A stretch of DNA of 64,000 bases from Brevundimonas sp. (GTDB taxonomy: Bacteria > Pseudomonadota > Alphaproteobacteria > Caulobacterales > Caulobacteraceae), in contig NZ_JAUSOE010000030.1 in assembly GCF_030656255.1 (NCBI RefSeq), positions 8,319-72,318 on the forward strand, written 5' to 3'. Position numbers and translations under genes: made by a program. Every line of letters begins with the position of its first letter. Position 1 is the stretch's first letter. Positions 8,594 through 18,063 of this stretch are shown piece by piece. Below the pieces are notes generated by a model, which was not told the DNA's origin, made no database searches, and saw only the letters and a list, made by a program, of their open reading frames with translations.

Positions 8594-9526
8594 TCAGCCC
8601 CCCGTTCGCCTGACCATCGCCGCGCCGTAGAATTTCGGCTCAAACCGGCTGGTCCAGAAGATCTTGCCCAGGCCGCGCGCCGTGCGGTCCAGGGTTTCGG
8701 CGCGGGCGGGGCGGCGGAGCAGGGTCAGGGCGAGGGAGGCGAGGCCCCAGACGGCGGCCTGGGCGGCGCCGATCAGCATCCAGCGGGCGACGCCGGGCCA
8801 GTCGCGGCGGGCGGCGGCCATCTGGCTGGGGCTTTGGCCATAGGCGAAGGCGCGCAGCAGGGCGTAGTTCAGGGTGGCGCGGTCGGGCGGCGCGAACTCG
8901 TCCACCCAGGCGTCGGCGGCCCAGCCGAATCGGCAGCCGCGCGCTTGCAGGGCGGTGAACAGACGGTCGTCCTCGCCGCCCGTCTGGTCCATGGCGGCGT
9001 CGAAGGGTGCGGGGCCGGGCAGGGCCGAGGCGCGGACCATCAGACTGTTGCCGCAGCCGTGGATCTGGTCGGTCAGGCCGGTCTGGGTCGGTCCGTCGCG
9101 GCCGAAGAAGCGCTCCAGATAGGCGGTGGTCCAGCCGGTTCCGTCGGGCACGCGGCCTCGGATCGGGCCGAACAGGACGTCGGCGCCGGTCTGGGACTGG
9201 GCCTGCAACAGGGCGGCCAGCCAGCCAGGGGAGGCGGCCTCGTCGTCATCCAGGAAGGCGATCAGGGGGGCGTCGGCAGCGGCCAGGCCGATGTTTCGCG
9301 CCGTGGCGACGCCGGGGACAGGCGCGTGGGCATAGGTCAGAGGAACCGGCGTTTCGGCCCGCAGGCGGTCGATCAGGGCGGCAGCCGAACCGTCGGGGTC
9401 ATTGTCGGCGACGACCACGGCGGCGATCCGGTCCAGGGATCCGACCTGAGCGAAGACCGAGCGCAGAGCCCGCTCCAGCATGGCCGGGCGACGCAGGGTG
9501 GGGATGACGACGGCGACGTCCCGCAT
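8594..9526 (-). CDS. Family 2 glycosyltransferase
   Basis: VAVVIPTLRRPAMLERALRSVFAQ...VVVADNDPDGSAA...IAFLDDDE is a GT-A/GT2 signature. Its start overlaps the upstream stop (ATGA). Confidence 0.85.
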   Translation of the reverse strand: MRDVAVVIPTLRRPAMLERALRSVFAQVGSLDRIAAVVVADNDPDGSAAALIDRLRAETPVPLTYAHAPVPGVATARNIGLAAADAPLIAFLDDDEAASPGWLAALLQAQSQTGADVLFGPIRGRVPDGTGWTTAYLERFFGRDGPTQTGLTDQIHGCGNSLMVRASALPGPAPFDAAMDQTGGEDDRLFTALQARGCRFGWAADAWVDEFAPPDRATLNYALLRAFAYGQSPSQMAAARRDWPGVARWMLIGAAQAAVWGLASLALTLLRRPARAETLDRTARGLGKIFWTSRFEPKFYGAAMVRRTGG

Positions 9527-10467
9527 CAGATCGCGTCCGCATAGACGGCCGCGCGGTACAGACGCAGGGCGAAGGCGCGGGTGCGGGTCGGCAACAGCGG
9601 CGACAGGGCCGCGCCCCGGGCCATGCGACGGATCAGCGGCAGGGACGGCAGGCGTTTCAGGGCGCGGGCGGCCTTGTAGCTGGGGTAGGTCTGGACGATG
9701 GCCGGGTGCAGGGCGACCACGCGGGCGAAGTTGGCGGCGCCCTGGTCAAACTTGCGCGCCAGGTCCGCCACCGTGTCCAGGCCCATGTGGGTGGCGGGGT
9801 TGTCGATGTGGACCACCTGGAACCGGCGGGCGACCCGCATGGCCCATTCCACATCCTCCCACCCCCAGCCGGTGAAGCCGGGGTCGAAGGATTCGACGGC
9901 GAAGACATCGCGCCGGACCAGCAGGTTGGAGGTGTAGACGTATTTCTCGGGCGTCTTGGCGCGCTGGGCGGCGCGTACGCATTCGCTGGCGCCGGACAGG
10001 GCGCGGTGGACGGCGAACCGACGGTCGCGCGGCGCCTGTTTCAGCGAGAAACCGCCGAAGGCCACGGCCGGGTCGTCGCGCGCGATCAGATCGACCCAGG
10101 TCTGGAGGAAGCGGGGGCTGTCCGGCTTCATGTCGCTGTCGAGGAACAGCCAGGACCCGGCGCGGGCGGCGATGGTCAGCCGGTTGCGACCCCGCGCCCG
10201 GCCTTCGTTGGCGGACAGGGTGACGAGGCGGGCGGGCAGGGCCAGGGCGTCCAGCGTCGCCTTCAGCCGGGCGGTCAGGTCGGCGTCGCCCGTGCCGTCG
10301 TCCAGCAGGATCAGCTCGACCCGGCCGGCCAGGGCGGCGGCTTCGGTATCCAGCCGGCGCAGCAGGGGCTCGGGATCGTCGCCCAGGAAGGGAATCAGGA
10401 CCGACAGGGCGGGCCGGGCGGCGGCCCAGCCGGGATTGTCGTGAATATCGGCGCGGGAGCCGCTCAT
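9526..10467 (-). CDS. Family 2 glycosyltransferase
   Basis: Start at MSGSRADIHD... (ATG at 10467 overlaps the flippase stop, ATGA). LSVLIPFLGDDPEPLLRRLD...ELILLDDGTGD...WLFLDSDM is a GT2 signature. Confidence 0.8.
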   Translation of the reverse strand: MSGSRADIHDNPGWAAARPALSVLIPFLGDDPEPLLRRLDTEAAALAGRVELILLDDGTGDADLTARLKATLDALALPARLVTLSANEGRARGRNRLTIAARAGSWLFLDSDMKPDSPRFLQTWVDLIARDDPAVAFGGFSLKQAPRDRRFAVHRALSGASECVRAAQRAKTPEKYVYTSNLLVRRDVFAVESFDPGFTGWGWEDVEWAMRVARRFQVVHIDNPATHMGLDTVADLARKFDQGAANFARVVALHPAIVQTYPSYKAARALKRLPSLPLIRRMARGAALSPLLPTRTRAFALRLYRAAVYADAI

Positions 10468-11909
10468 GCCGTCGCCCCTCGTCGGGCCTGGATCAGGCGG
10501 TTCAGCACATCGCGCACCCCGGCGGCGTTCAGGGTGAGCGCCAGGGCCGCATAGACCAGTCCGCCGACGCTCGCGTCCAGCATCAGTTCGACAAAACCGC
10601 CCAGCGGCGGAAGGCGCCAGACCACCAGGGCCATGCCGGTCGAGGCGACGCCGCAACGGATCAGCGCCTCCCACGGAATGGGCAGGGCGATGGCGCGGCG
10701 GCTGATGATCAGGCAGGCGACCAGGCCTATGGCGAAGCTGAGGGCCGTGGCGACGGCGGCGCCCAGCACGCCCAGCCGGGGGATCAGCACCAGGTTCAGG
10801 ACGATATTGGCCAGCGCCGGAACAGCCATGGTGACGAGCAGCAGGCCGGTCTTCTTGCCCAGGGTGAAGCCGAAACCGAAATAATAGGCGATCAGGCCGG
10901 ACATGAAGGCCGAGGCCGCGATCCAGGGCGTGACCAGGGCGGCGGCGACGCGCAGGTCAGGGCCGATCATCAGCTCGGCCAGCGGGCGGGCGACCAGGGA
11001 CAGGCCGACGGCGGCGGGCAGGCCGATCAGGATCAGGGTCGAACCCTGTTCCAGCGCCGTCTGGCGCAGGGCCTCGCGGCCGCCGCGCTCCAGCGCCATG
11101 ACCATGGCCGGGGCGCCGGCCGCGCCCAGCCAGATGAACATCACGTCCAGCGTGCGGTTCGCCAGGCTGTAGCTGGCGTGATAGGCGCCGACCGCCGCCG
11201 CATCCATGAAGGCCGCCAGCAGGAAGCGGTCGGTCGAGGCCAGGACCAGGGCCAGGGTCAGCGAGGCCGCGATCGGATAGCCGTAGGCGGCGTAGGTCTT
11301 CAGCCGCGCGCGATCCACGGTTCCGCCCGCCGACTGGCGCAGTTCGCCCGGCAGGATGAAGGGCAGGGCGAACAGGGGGGCGATCATCAGGCCCAGCATG
11401 GGCGAGGCGGCGCCCGCCCCGGCCAGGGCGAAACCGGCCCCGACCAGGAAGCCCAGGACGGCGACGGCCATGTCCACCGAGGCGGCCTTGGACACCTCGC
11501 CGGCGGCGCGGTACCGCTCCTGCGCCAGCTTGGCCAGGTTGCGGATCGGCGCCCCGGCCAGGCCGAAACCGACCGCCAGCTTGAAGGCCGGAGTCAGGGG
11601 CAGGAGCCAGACCACCAGGGCGGCCAGCGGCACGAAGACGGCGATGACGGCGAAAGACGTCCGGTACAGGCTGGCGAAATGGGTGGCCAGGCCGCCCGGC
11701 GTGCGCTCGGCCGCCCAGAAGCGGGCCATGGACGCCTCCAGCCAGCTGAAGCTGACCGTATGGGCCAGGCTGGTGACCGAAAACGCCAGGGCGTAGTGGC
11801 CGAAATCCTCGGGGCTGAGCAGACGGGTGAAGACGACGATGGTCAGGAAGCCGACCACCCCCTGGACGATCTGGGCCGGCAGATAGCCCCAGACGCCGCG
11901 CCAGAACAT
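10464..11909 (-). CDS. Polysaccharide flippase (Wzx / MOP superfamily)
   Basis: About 12-14 TM segments in a typical polysaccharide biosynthesis protein layout. Start chosen at MFWRGVWGYLP (11909) to avoid a 58-nt overlap with the upstream gene; 11978 is the alternative. Confidence 0.8.
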   Translation of the reverse strand: MFWRGVWGYLPAQIVQGVVGFLTIVVFTRLLSPEDFGHYALAFSVTSLAHTVSFSWLEASMARFWAAERTPGGLATHFASLYRTSFAVIAVFVPLAALVVWLLPLTPAFKLAVGFGLAGAPIRNLAKLAQERYRAAGEVSKAASVDMAVAVLGFLVGAGFALAGAGAASPMLGLMIAPLFALPFILPGELRQSAGGTVDRARLKTYAAYGYPIAASLTLALVLASTDRFLLAAFMDAAAVGAYHASYSLANRTLDVMFIWLGAAGAPAMVMALERGGREALRQTALEQGSTLILIGLPAAVGLSLVARPLAELMIGPDLRVAAALVTPWIAASAFMSGLIAYYFGFGFTLGKKTGLLLVTMAVPALANIVLNLVLIPRLGVLGAAVATALSFAIGLVACLIISRRAIALPIPWEALIRCGVASTGMALVVWRLPPLGGFVELMLDASVGGLVYAALALTLNAAGVRDVLNRLIQARRGATA

Positions 11910-11920
11910 GCGCTTCTCGC

Positions 11921-13471
11921 TCACCGCACGGCCGCCCGGTCGCCCAGCAGGACGGGGATTGTGATCAGTATGATCCACAGATCCAGCCAGAAGGACTGGC
12001 GCTGGATATAGTCGATGTCCAGTTCGACGCGGCGGCGCACCTCGGCCTCGGTGTCCACCGGTCCGCGCGACCCGCGAACGGCGGCCCAGCCGGTCATGCC
12101 CGGCTTGATGCGGTGGCGGTGTGCGTATTCGGCGACCAGAAGCGCGGATTCGGTCTCGCCGGTCCTCATGCCGATGGCGTGGGGGCGCGGGCCGACCAGG
12201 GACATTTCGCCCCTGAGCACGTTGAACAACTGGGGCAGCTCATCCAGGCTGGAGGCGCGGATGAAGCGGCCGACGCGGGTGACGCGGTCGTCGTCGGCGA
12301 CGACCTGGCGGCTGGCGGTCGCGTCGGCGTCGCAGTGGCGCATCGAGCGGAACTTCCACACCACGATGGTCTCCTGGTTGAAGCCATGGCGACGCTGGCG
12401 GAACAGGATCGGGCCGGGACTGTCCAGCCGCACGGCCAGGGCGACGACCGCCATGACCGGGGCGAAGACGACCAGGGCCAGGGTGCCGATCAACAGATCC
12501 TGCACCCGTTTGGCGAAGGCGCGGCGGTCGTCGTCGGGGGCGGCGCCGATTTCGGCCAAGGACGGACCGGCCAGACGATTCAGCGCCGCCTCACGACTGG
12601 CGTCGGAATCGAACAGGACGGTCAGGGGATTGGGCAGGGTCTCCAGACGGCGCGTCAGCTCGCGGACCCGCGCCCCGGCCTCGGCGTCGATCGCCAGAAC
12701 GATCCGGTCGACATAGGGCAGCATGCGATGGGTCAGCAGGGCGTTGGCCCCGCCCAGCACCGGCACCCCGGCCAGGCGGTCGGGCGAGCGGGCCAGACGG
12801 TCGTCGAACACGCCCAGCACGTTCAGGTCGCGCCGGTCCAGCGCCCGCCGGATCAGGGCTTCGGCGTTTCGGGTCGCCCCGACGATGACGATATTGGGCG
12901 ACAGCAGGCCCTGCCGCCGCCACCGGGCCGCCAAGACCCGCCATAAGCCGTGCAGGCCGGCCAGACAGACCGTGGCCGCAAGACCCCAGGGTAAAACCGG
13001 CCCCAGGCCGTGCCCGTCCAGGCCCAGGCCGACCAGCAGCGCCGCCATGATCGCTAGGGCGACGATCCCGACGACCCCGACCAGATGGAGCAGGGGCGTC
13101 GGCTCCGGTCCGAATCGATACAGGCCCAGGCTGCGCAACAAGGCCAGGGCGACGACGACGCCAGTCGCCAGGGGCAGGACGGCGCCGACGGTCAGGGTCT
13201 TCACATCCAGAGATCCCAGCGACCACAGCGCCAGAACGGCCAGGCCGACGACGGCCAGAACATCGGCGGCGCGGAAATAATAGGCGGCCAGCCGCACGGT
13301 CGAGCGCTGGCGCGCGTTCCGCCACACTTCCGGTCGGAAAGGCCCGCGTTCGGCATGCGGCGCGAGGCTTTCGGACGCGCAGCCGTTCGCGCTCACCGCG
13401 GTCGGCGCGGCAAGGGGATGGGCGCAGTCGGGCATGTCGATCCGGAGTTTCCGCACGGCCGCACCGTGCAT
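11921..13471 (-). CDS. Polyprenyl-phosphate hexose-1-phosphate transferase (priming sugar transferase, WbaP/ExoY family)
   Basis: The C-terminal domain has VVWKFRSM...DDRVTRVGRFIRASSLDELPQLFNVLRGEMSLVGPRPH...KPGMTGWAAV, the bacterial sugar transferase signature. There are N-terminal TM helices. An alternative start is at 13435. Confidence 0.9.
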   Translation of the reverse strand: MHGAAVRKLRIDMPDCAHPLAAPTAVSANGCASESLAPHAERGPFRPEVWRNARQRSTVRLAAYYFRAADVLAVVGLAVLALWSLGSLDVKTLTVGAVLPLATGVVVALALLRSLGLYRFGPEPTPLLHLVGVVGIVALAIMAALLVGLGLDGHGLGPVLPWGLAATVCLAGLHGLWRVLAARWRRQGLLSPNIVIVGATRNAEALIRRALDRRDLNVLGVFDDRLARSPDRLAGVPVLGGANALLTHRMLPYVDRIVLAIDAEAGARVRELTRRLETLPNPLTVLFDSDASREAALNRLAGPSLAEIGAAPDDDRRAFAKRVQDLLIGTLALVVFAPVMAVVALAVRLDSPGPILFRQRRHGFNQETIVVWKFRSMRHCDADATASRQVVADDDRVTRVGRFIRASSLDELPQLFNVLRGEMSLVGPRPHAIGMRTGETESALLVAEYAHRHRIKPGMTGWAAVRGSRGPVDTEAEVRRRVELDIDYIQRQSFWLDLWIILITIPVLLGDRAAVR

Positions 13472-13558
13472 ACGCCGCCTCTATGTCGCGTTAACAACAG
13501 GTCTTTGTCTCGAACCGGATTGCACAACGCATCATGCTCGGCTATCGAGCCCTTCGCT

Positions 13559-13650
13559 GGAGACGTGGCCGAGTGGCTGAAGGCAACGGTTTGCTAAATC
13601 GTCGTACCCTGTAAGGGGTACCGAGGGTTCGAATCCCTCCGTCTCCGCCA
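13559..13650 (+). tRNA. tRNA-Ser (anticodon GCU), encoded CCA
   Basis: Acceptor GGAGACG/CGTCTCC, anticodon loop TTGCTAA, long variable arm, T-arm GAGGG-TTCGAAT-CCCTC. Confidence 0.95.
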
Positions 13651-13855
13651 TAGGCCGACGTCCCCATTATGACTGACCAACCCAAAGTGCCCGAAATTGT
13701 GGGGGTTAATAGCCCCCCCCCTGTCCCTTGCCATTTCCACAAGCCAGATAGTGTGTGGGGAATAACGTGAGAGCAGCGCCATGGGCTGACAGCAACTGGC
13801 GTCAAGCTGCACTCGAACGCAATATGGGAATGACCTGGAAAAGGTCGAGCAACTG

Positions 13856-14220
13856 ATGCGGCCTATGACGACCGAACCACATTATGGCGGGCGGCGCTGG
13901 TGGTTGATCTGTTCCTAGTCCGTCAAGCGAGCAACCAACATTTATATGCCTCCAGGCGGTGATTGATTCGCGGCCGCGCCGCCTGGCGGCTTGGGTATCG
14001 GTCGCAGCGCGTAGCGCATAGGGGAGGACAAATTTTAGAAGCTATTCGGCTACAGTGGACGCTGGGGAAGGCTGGGGGCTGGTCGATTCTGCCCCAAGGG
14101 CGGAGTCTGTCCCAAGGTATGTGGCAGCGCATGTTCGCGCGTCCACCTAGACCTCTACCCGGATTTGTCACGCTATGCACGCGGAAAGACAGGTGTGCTG
14201 TGGGACGGCAATCTGACTAA
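13856..14220 (+). pseudogene. Degraded conserved-hypothetical gene (zinc-ribbon-like GGxRxWFxCP...CRxC...YxSQ family)
   Basis: MRPMTTEPHYGGRRWWLICS*, then ...NIYMPPGGD*, then after a frame change ...AAWRLGYRSQRVAH...PQGRSLSQGMWQRMF. From memory this follows the order of a family common in alphaproteobacterial accessory DNA. It is interrupted by at least two stops and one frameshift. Confidence 0.35.
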
Positions 14221-14506
14221 CGCGCAGGAGGCGCTAGACTGTATCATCGGCATACGTGAAGGGGAGTCAGAATGCTGGAACGGCGGCTACCAGTGACTTG
14301 CGGTGCACAAATCGGGCGTCCGGTGCTCCACGATCCGGCGTGTGGGTGTAGGTGATGCCGGGTCTGCTGATCGATTTACACGCGAAATGGCCTAATCGCA
14401 TCACGTGGCGGAAATGCTATGGTGGGAGGAGCCATGCAATGACCTATTTCATAAGCTCCCCGACAATTGCCGTCTATCAAAAATGAAAACATGAGCGAAG
14501 TAGAAA

Positions 14507-15283
14507 ATGAATAGAAAAGAAAAAATTATCGTGGCTACGATGCCAAAATCCGGCACGTATTTAATTGCAAATATCCTAAAGGAAATGTCCATCATTGATT
14601 GCGAAATGCATCTGTCTGAATATCAATATTCAGATTACAGAAACTTAACGCCAGAAGAAAAAATAGCGAACGTTGTAGATTTAACGATCCACGAACCTCT
14701 AGAGGTGGCAATTACAAAAGTAATGCCCGGTCAGTTCGTCGTTGGCCACATTCCTTATACCCTAGAAATAGACGGCCTTTTTGGAGATTTTTCTAAGATT
14801 ATTTCAGTAAGACATCCACGTTCGGCGCTTGTGTCAGCGATGAGATTTGAAGAGCGTAGAATAAGGGCGAATCCGAATTGGTTGTCTGGGTCGAGGGATT
14901 GGGTCGAGATCTCTTGCAGATTTGAGAAAATGGAGGCTTTTTTGCGCCAGCTTGGCGGCGGATATATGTCAGAGTTTAAATATTCCACTTTGTGGATGGA
15001 CGCGTATCCAAGCAACGTCGTACAATTCGAAAAAATAACTGGGATGCATGGTTACGATAATCAAGTTTTGGAATTTAAACGAATATTGGATATCGTAAAT
15101 TGCAATCATGTATTGATTTCTGATATAATAGAAAAATCTTTATGGATGCCGACTCCAACTTACAGTGGTTCAATTTCTAATGTAGATGAATGTTGGAATG
15201 ATAATTGTGAAGAAATATTTGAGCATCTTGGTGGAATTGAGCTGACTGAAAAATTGGGTTATGAACCCAATCTCAATATTTAG
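14507..15283 (+). CDS. Sulfotransferase-like protein (very AT-rich, foreign composition)
   Basis: PKSGT at residues 13-17 matches the 5'-PSB PAPS-binding loop (PKxGTT). VRHPRSALVS at residues 101-110 matches the 3'-PB motif (RxPxDxxxS). The ORF is about one-third G+C by eye. It is intact at 258 aa. Confidence 0.55.
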   Translation: MNRKEKIIVATMPKSGTYLIANILKEMSIIDCEMHLSEYQYSDYRNLTPEEKIANVVDLTIHEPLEVAITKVMPGQFVVGHIPYTLEIDGLFGDFSKIISVRHPRSALVSAMRFEERRIRANPNWLSGSRDWVEISCRFEKMEAFLRQLGGGYMSEFKYSTLWMDAYPSNVVQFEKITGMHGYDNQVLEFKRILDIVNCNHVLISDIIEKSLWMPTPTYSGSISNVDECWNDNCEEIFEHLGGIELTEKLGYEPNLNI

Positions 15284-15748
15284 GTAGCTGTTAGCTAGCA
15301 CTGTGAGTCAAGATTTGTAATCTGGCAGATGTAGCTTTGGCATTTTTACAATGAAATCCCACTCATCATCGGCTCGTTCGCATTGTTTCAAATAAAAAGA
15401 ACCGCGAAATATTTTAAAGCGAGAAATGTTTATTTTTTTGTCGACAAAATTATCGTCTCGGCATTTGATCAACACGAGATTTCCATGTCTCTCTCTCTAT
15501 CAACATCCAGGCTGAGTATTCCATCCAGCTTTGGCCATACACAGTCATTGCTCGCCCCTGACCGCTGAGCCAGCCAATAACCAAGAAGCAAGGTGATTAT
15601 TCTGTCTTTGACGAATTTGCGGACAACTGTTTTTGGCGTAATTCACGTATTGAGTGGCGCGTGTAGCCAATGGCTTACAGCGGACGGGCCCACGCGGGCC
15701 GTTGTGCGACAGGGCGGTGTTCATGCTGCGCTAGCGGAAACGGGATGT

Positions 15749-15934
15749 ATGCAGGATCGGATCACCTGCCGTGTCACTGAACTGCTGGCCCTGACCGGGC
15801 TGAGCCGTGCGCCGCTCTCACGGCTGGTCGCCCCAGGCGAACTGCCGCTGGCGAAGGCGCCGGAACGGCGGTAAGCGCATTCGAAGGCGTTGCCGATTGC
15901 GGGGCGCTTATTAGATTGGCTGGACGACCGGCAA
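15749..15934 (+). pseudogene. AlpA-like (phage/island excisionase-type HTH) remnant with an in-frame stop
   Basis: MQDRITCRVTELLALTGLSRAPLSRLVAPGELPLAKAPERR*AHSKALPIAGRLLDWLDDRQ follows the AlpA pattern (..EV..LTGLSRSTIYRLI..G.FP.P.K....W....I..WL..R) across a TAA at 15872. Confidence 0.45.
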
Positions 15935-16263
15935 TGGTGGACAGCGGTAATGTTATCGTGGGCGAGGAAATGGCCGCTTCGTTACATCGGCTCCTAGGGA
16001 GCTGCCCGACCGTTCTGTACCAGACCAGCTCATTCAGAACCTAGCTGAACCGCTTATAAAAACTCCGAAAGTCGGACCGTGCAGCGCTAAGACTATAGCA
16101 AGAGGTAGTGCAAATCATTATGAGTAGGGTGCGCCGCCTGCCTTTTCAAGAAATCTGAGCGTCGCTTGCGGGATAGGGACCGGTTCGTCGAACTTGCCGC
16201 TTCGAGGGCGGCGACCTAGGCTCATCAGGTGTCGCCGCAAGGCGGCGTCTCCGGAGCCTTCGC

Positions 16264-18063
16264 ATGTCCGACGCCTCGCTGATTCTGTCCCGGCGCGATC
16301 TCGATTTCATTCTGTATGAATGGCTGGAGGTCGAGCGGCTGACGCAGCGGGCGCGGTTTGCGGATCATGATCGGGTGTCGTTCGACGGGGTGCTGGACAC
16401 CTGCGCCCAGCTTGCGGCGGATATGTTCGCGCCGCACAATCGCAAGGCCGATCAGAACGAGCCGACGTTCGATGGCGAGCGGGTGACGATGATCCCCGAG
16501 GTGGCCCAGGCCCTGGCGGCGTTCCGTGAGGCGGGCCTGTTTTCGGCGTCGCAGGATTATGAGCTGGGCGGGCTGCAACTGCCCAATGTGATCGAGCGCG
16601 CCGGTTTCGCCTGGTTCCAGGCGGCCAATGTGGGCACCGCCGCCTATCCGTTCCTGACCATCGGGGCGGCCAATCTGCTGAAGACGCACGGCACGGCCGC
16701 GCAGATCGACGCCTATGTGCGGCCGATGCTGGAGGGGCGGTTCTTCGGCACCATGTGTCTGTCGGAGCCCCAGGCGGGATCGTCGCTGGGCGACATCCGC
16801 ACCCGCGCGGTTCCGCAAGCCGACGGCAGCTATCGGTTGTTCGGATCGAAGATGTGGATCTCGGGCGGGGATCACGACCTGTCGGAGACCATCGTCCATA
16901 TGGTGCTGGCGCGGATGGAGGGGGCGCCGGCGGGGGTGAAGGGGATCTCGCTGTTCGTGGTTCCGAAACACCTGCTGGACGAGAGCGGCGCGCCGGGCGA
17001 GCGCAACGACGTCGTCCTGGCCGGGCTCAATCACAAGATGGGCTATCGCGGCACGACCAACACCCTGCTGAACTTCGGCGAGGGACGGTATGCGCCGCGC
17101 GGGCAGGGGGGTGCGGTCGGCTGGCTGGTCGGGGCGCCGCATCAGGGGCTGGCCGCCATGTTCCACATGATGAACGAGGCGCGGATCGGCGTCGGGGCGG
17201 GGGCGGCGGCCCTGGGCTATACCGGCTATCTGCACGCCCTGGACTATGCGCGCGGCCGGCCGCAGGGACGGCCCCTTTCGGCCAAGGATCCCGCCAGTCC
17301 GCCCGTGCCGATCATCCAGCACGCCGATGTGCGCCGGATGCTGCTGGCGCAGAAGGCCTATGCCGAGGGGGCGCTGGGGCTGAACCTGTATTGCGCCCTT
17401 TTGACCGACGACCAGACGACGGCGGAGGACCCGGCCGAGCGGGAGCGGGCCGGGCGGCTGCTGGACATGCTGACGCCAATCGCCAAGAGTTGGCCGTCGC
17501 AATGGTGCCTGGAAGGCAACAGCCTGGCGATCCAGGTGCTGGGCGGATACGGCTATACCCGCGACTATCCGGTCGAGCAGTTCTATCGCGACAATCGGCT
17601 GAACCCGATCCACGAGGGGACGCACGGAATTCAGGGGCTGGACCTGCTGGGTCGCAAGGCGATCATGAATGGCGGCGCGGGCCTGAAACTTCTGGGCGAG
17701 ACGGTGATGGCCACGGTGGGGCGGGCGTCGGGCGATGCCGAGCTGGCGCCCTATGGCGAGGCCCTGGCGCGGACCATGGCCCGGATCGGCGAGGCGACGG
17801 CGACGGTGTGGCGTGATGGGGATCCGGAGCGGGCCCTGGCCAACGCCTCGACCTATCTGGAGGCCGTGGGCCATGCCGTGCTGGCGTGGATCTGGCTGGA
17901 GCAGGCGCTGGCGGCGGCGGGCAAGACCGGCGACTTCTACGACGGCAAGCGCCAGGCGGCGCGATACTTCTTCCGCTGGGAGCTGCCGAAGATCGGGCCG
18001 ATGCTGGATCTGCTGGTCAGCCGGGACGACACGACGCTGGCGATGCAGGACGCCTGGTTCTGA
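16264..18063 (+). CDS. Long-form acyl-CoA dehydrogenase (about 600 aa)
   Basis: GGLQLP...FFGTMCLSEPQAGSSLGDIRTRA...GSKMWISGGDHD...VLARMEGAPAGVKGISLFVVPK...NPIHEGTHGIQGLDLLGRK are ACAD N, middle and C-terminal signatures. Confidence 0.85.
   Translation: MSDASLILSRRDLDFILYEWLEVERLTQRARFADHDRVSFDGVLDTCAQLAADMFAPHNRKADQNEPTFDGERVTMIPEVAQALAAFREAGLFSASQDYELGGLQLPNVIERAGFAWFQAANVGTAAYPFLTIGAANLLKTHGTAAQIDAYVRPMLEGRFFGTMCLSEPQAGSSLGDIRTRAVPQADGSYRLFGSKMWISGGDHDLSETIVHMVLARMEGAPAGVKGISLFVVPKHLLDESGAPGERNDVVLAGLNHKMGYRGTTNTLLNFGEGRYAPRGQGGAVGWLVGAPHQGLAAMFHMMNEARIGVGAGAAALGYTGYLHALDYARGRPQGRPLSAKDPASPPVPIIQHADVRRMLLAQKAYAEGALGLNLYCALLTDDQTTAEDPAERERAGRLLDMLTPIAKSWPSQWCLEGNSLAIQVLGGYGYTRDYPVEQFYRDNRLNPIHEGTHGIQGLDLLGRKAIMNGGAGLKLLGETVMATVGRASGDAELAPYGEALARTMARIGEATATVWRDGDPERALANASTYLEAVGHAVLAWIWLEQALAAAGKTGDFYDGKRQAARYFFRWELPKIGPMLDLLVSRDDTTLAMQDAWF

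Larger units (their letters stand above)
13651..16230. mobile_element. Decayed genomic-island remnant at the 3' side of tRNA-Ser (no integrase)
   Basis: G+C drops abruptly right after the tRNA. The region holds two degraded genes (one AlpA-like) and one intact, very AT-rich ORF. High-GC sequence resumes shortly before 16264. The right boundary is approximate. Confidence 0.5.

Noticed and set aside
8403-8630. A 75-aa plus-strand ORF in the padR / glycosyltransferase intergenic region.
   Set aside because: It overlaps the padR start and the candidate operator. It has no RBS or recognisable motif and is probably non-coding promoter DNA.
16246-16253. CGTCTCCG, a possible direct repeat of the tRNA-Ser 3' end that would mark the right edge of the island.
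   Set aside because: It is only an 8-nt match, easily expected by chance. It lies in the high-GC leader of the acyl-CoA dehydrogenase gene. It cannot define an att site.
16225-17874. Long ORFs on the strand opposite to, or out of frame with, confidently assigned genes. Examples: 16225..17874 (-), 24381..27278 (-), 29696..30880 (-), 31869..33935 (-), 43223..44872 (+), 46069..48810 (-), 49532..51037 (+), 51385..52710 (-), 61172..63124 (-).
   Set aside because: They are typical shadow ORFs of GC-rich DNA. Their translations are Arg/Gly/Ala/Pro-rich low-complexity sequence with no recognisable motifs. Each fully overlaps a gene with strong family signatures.
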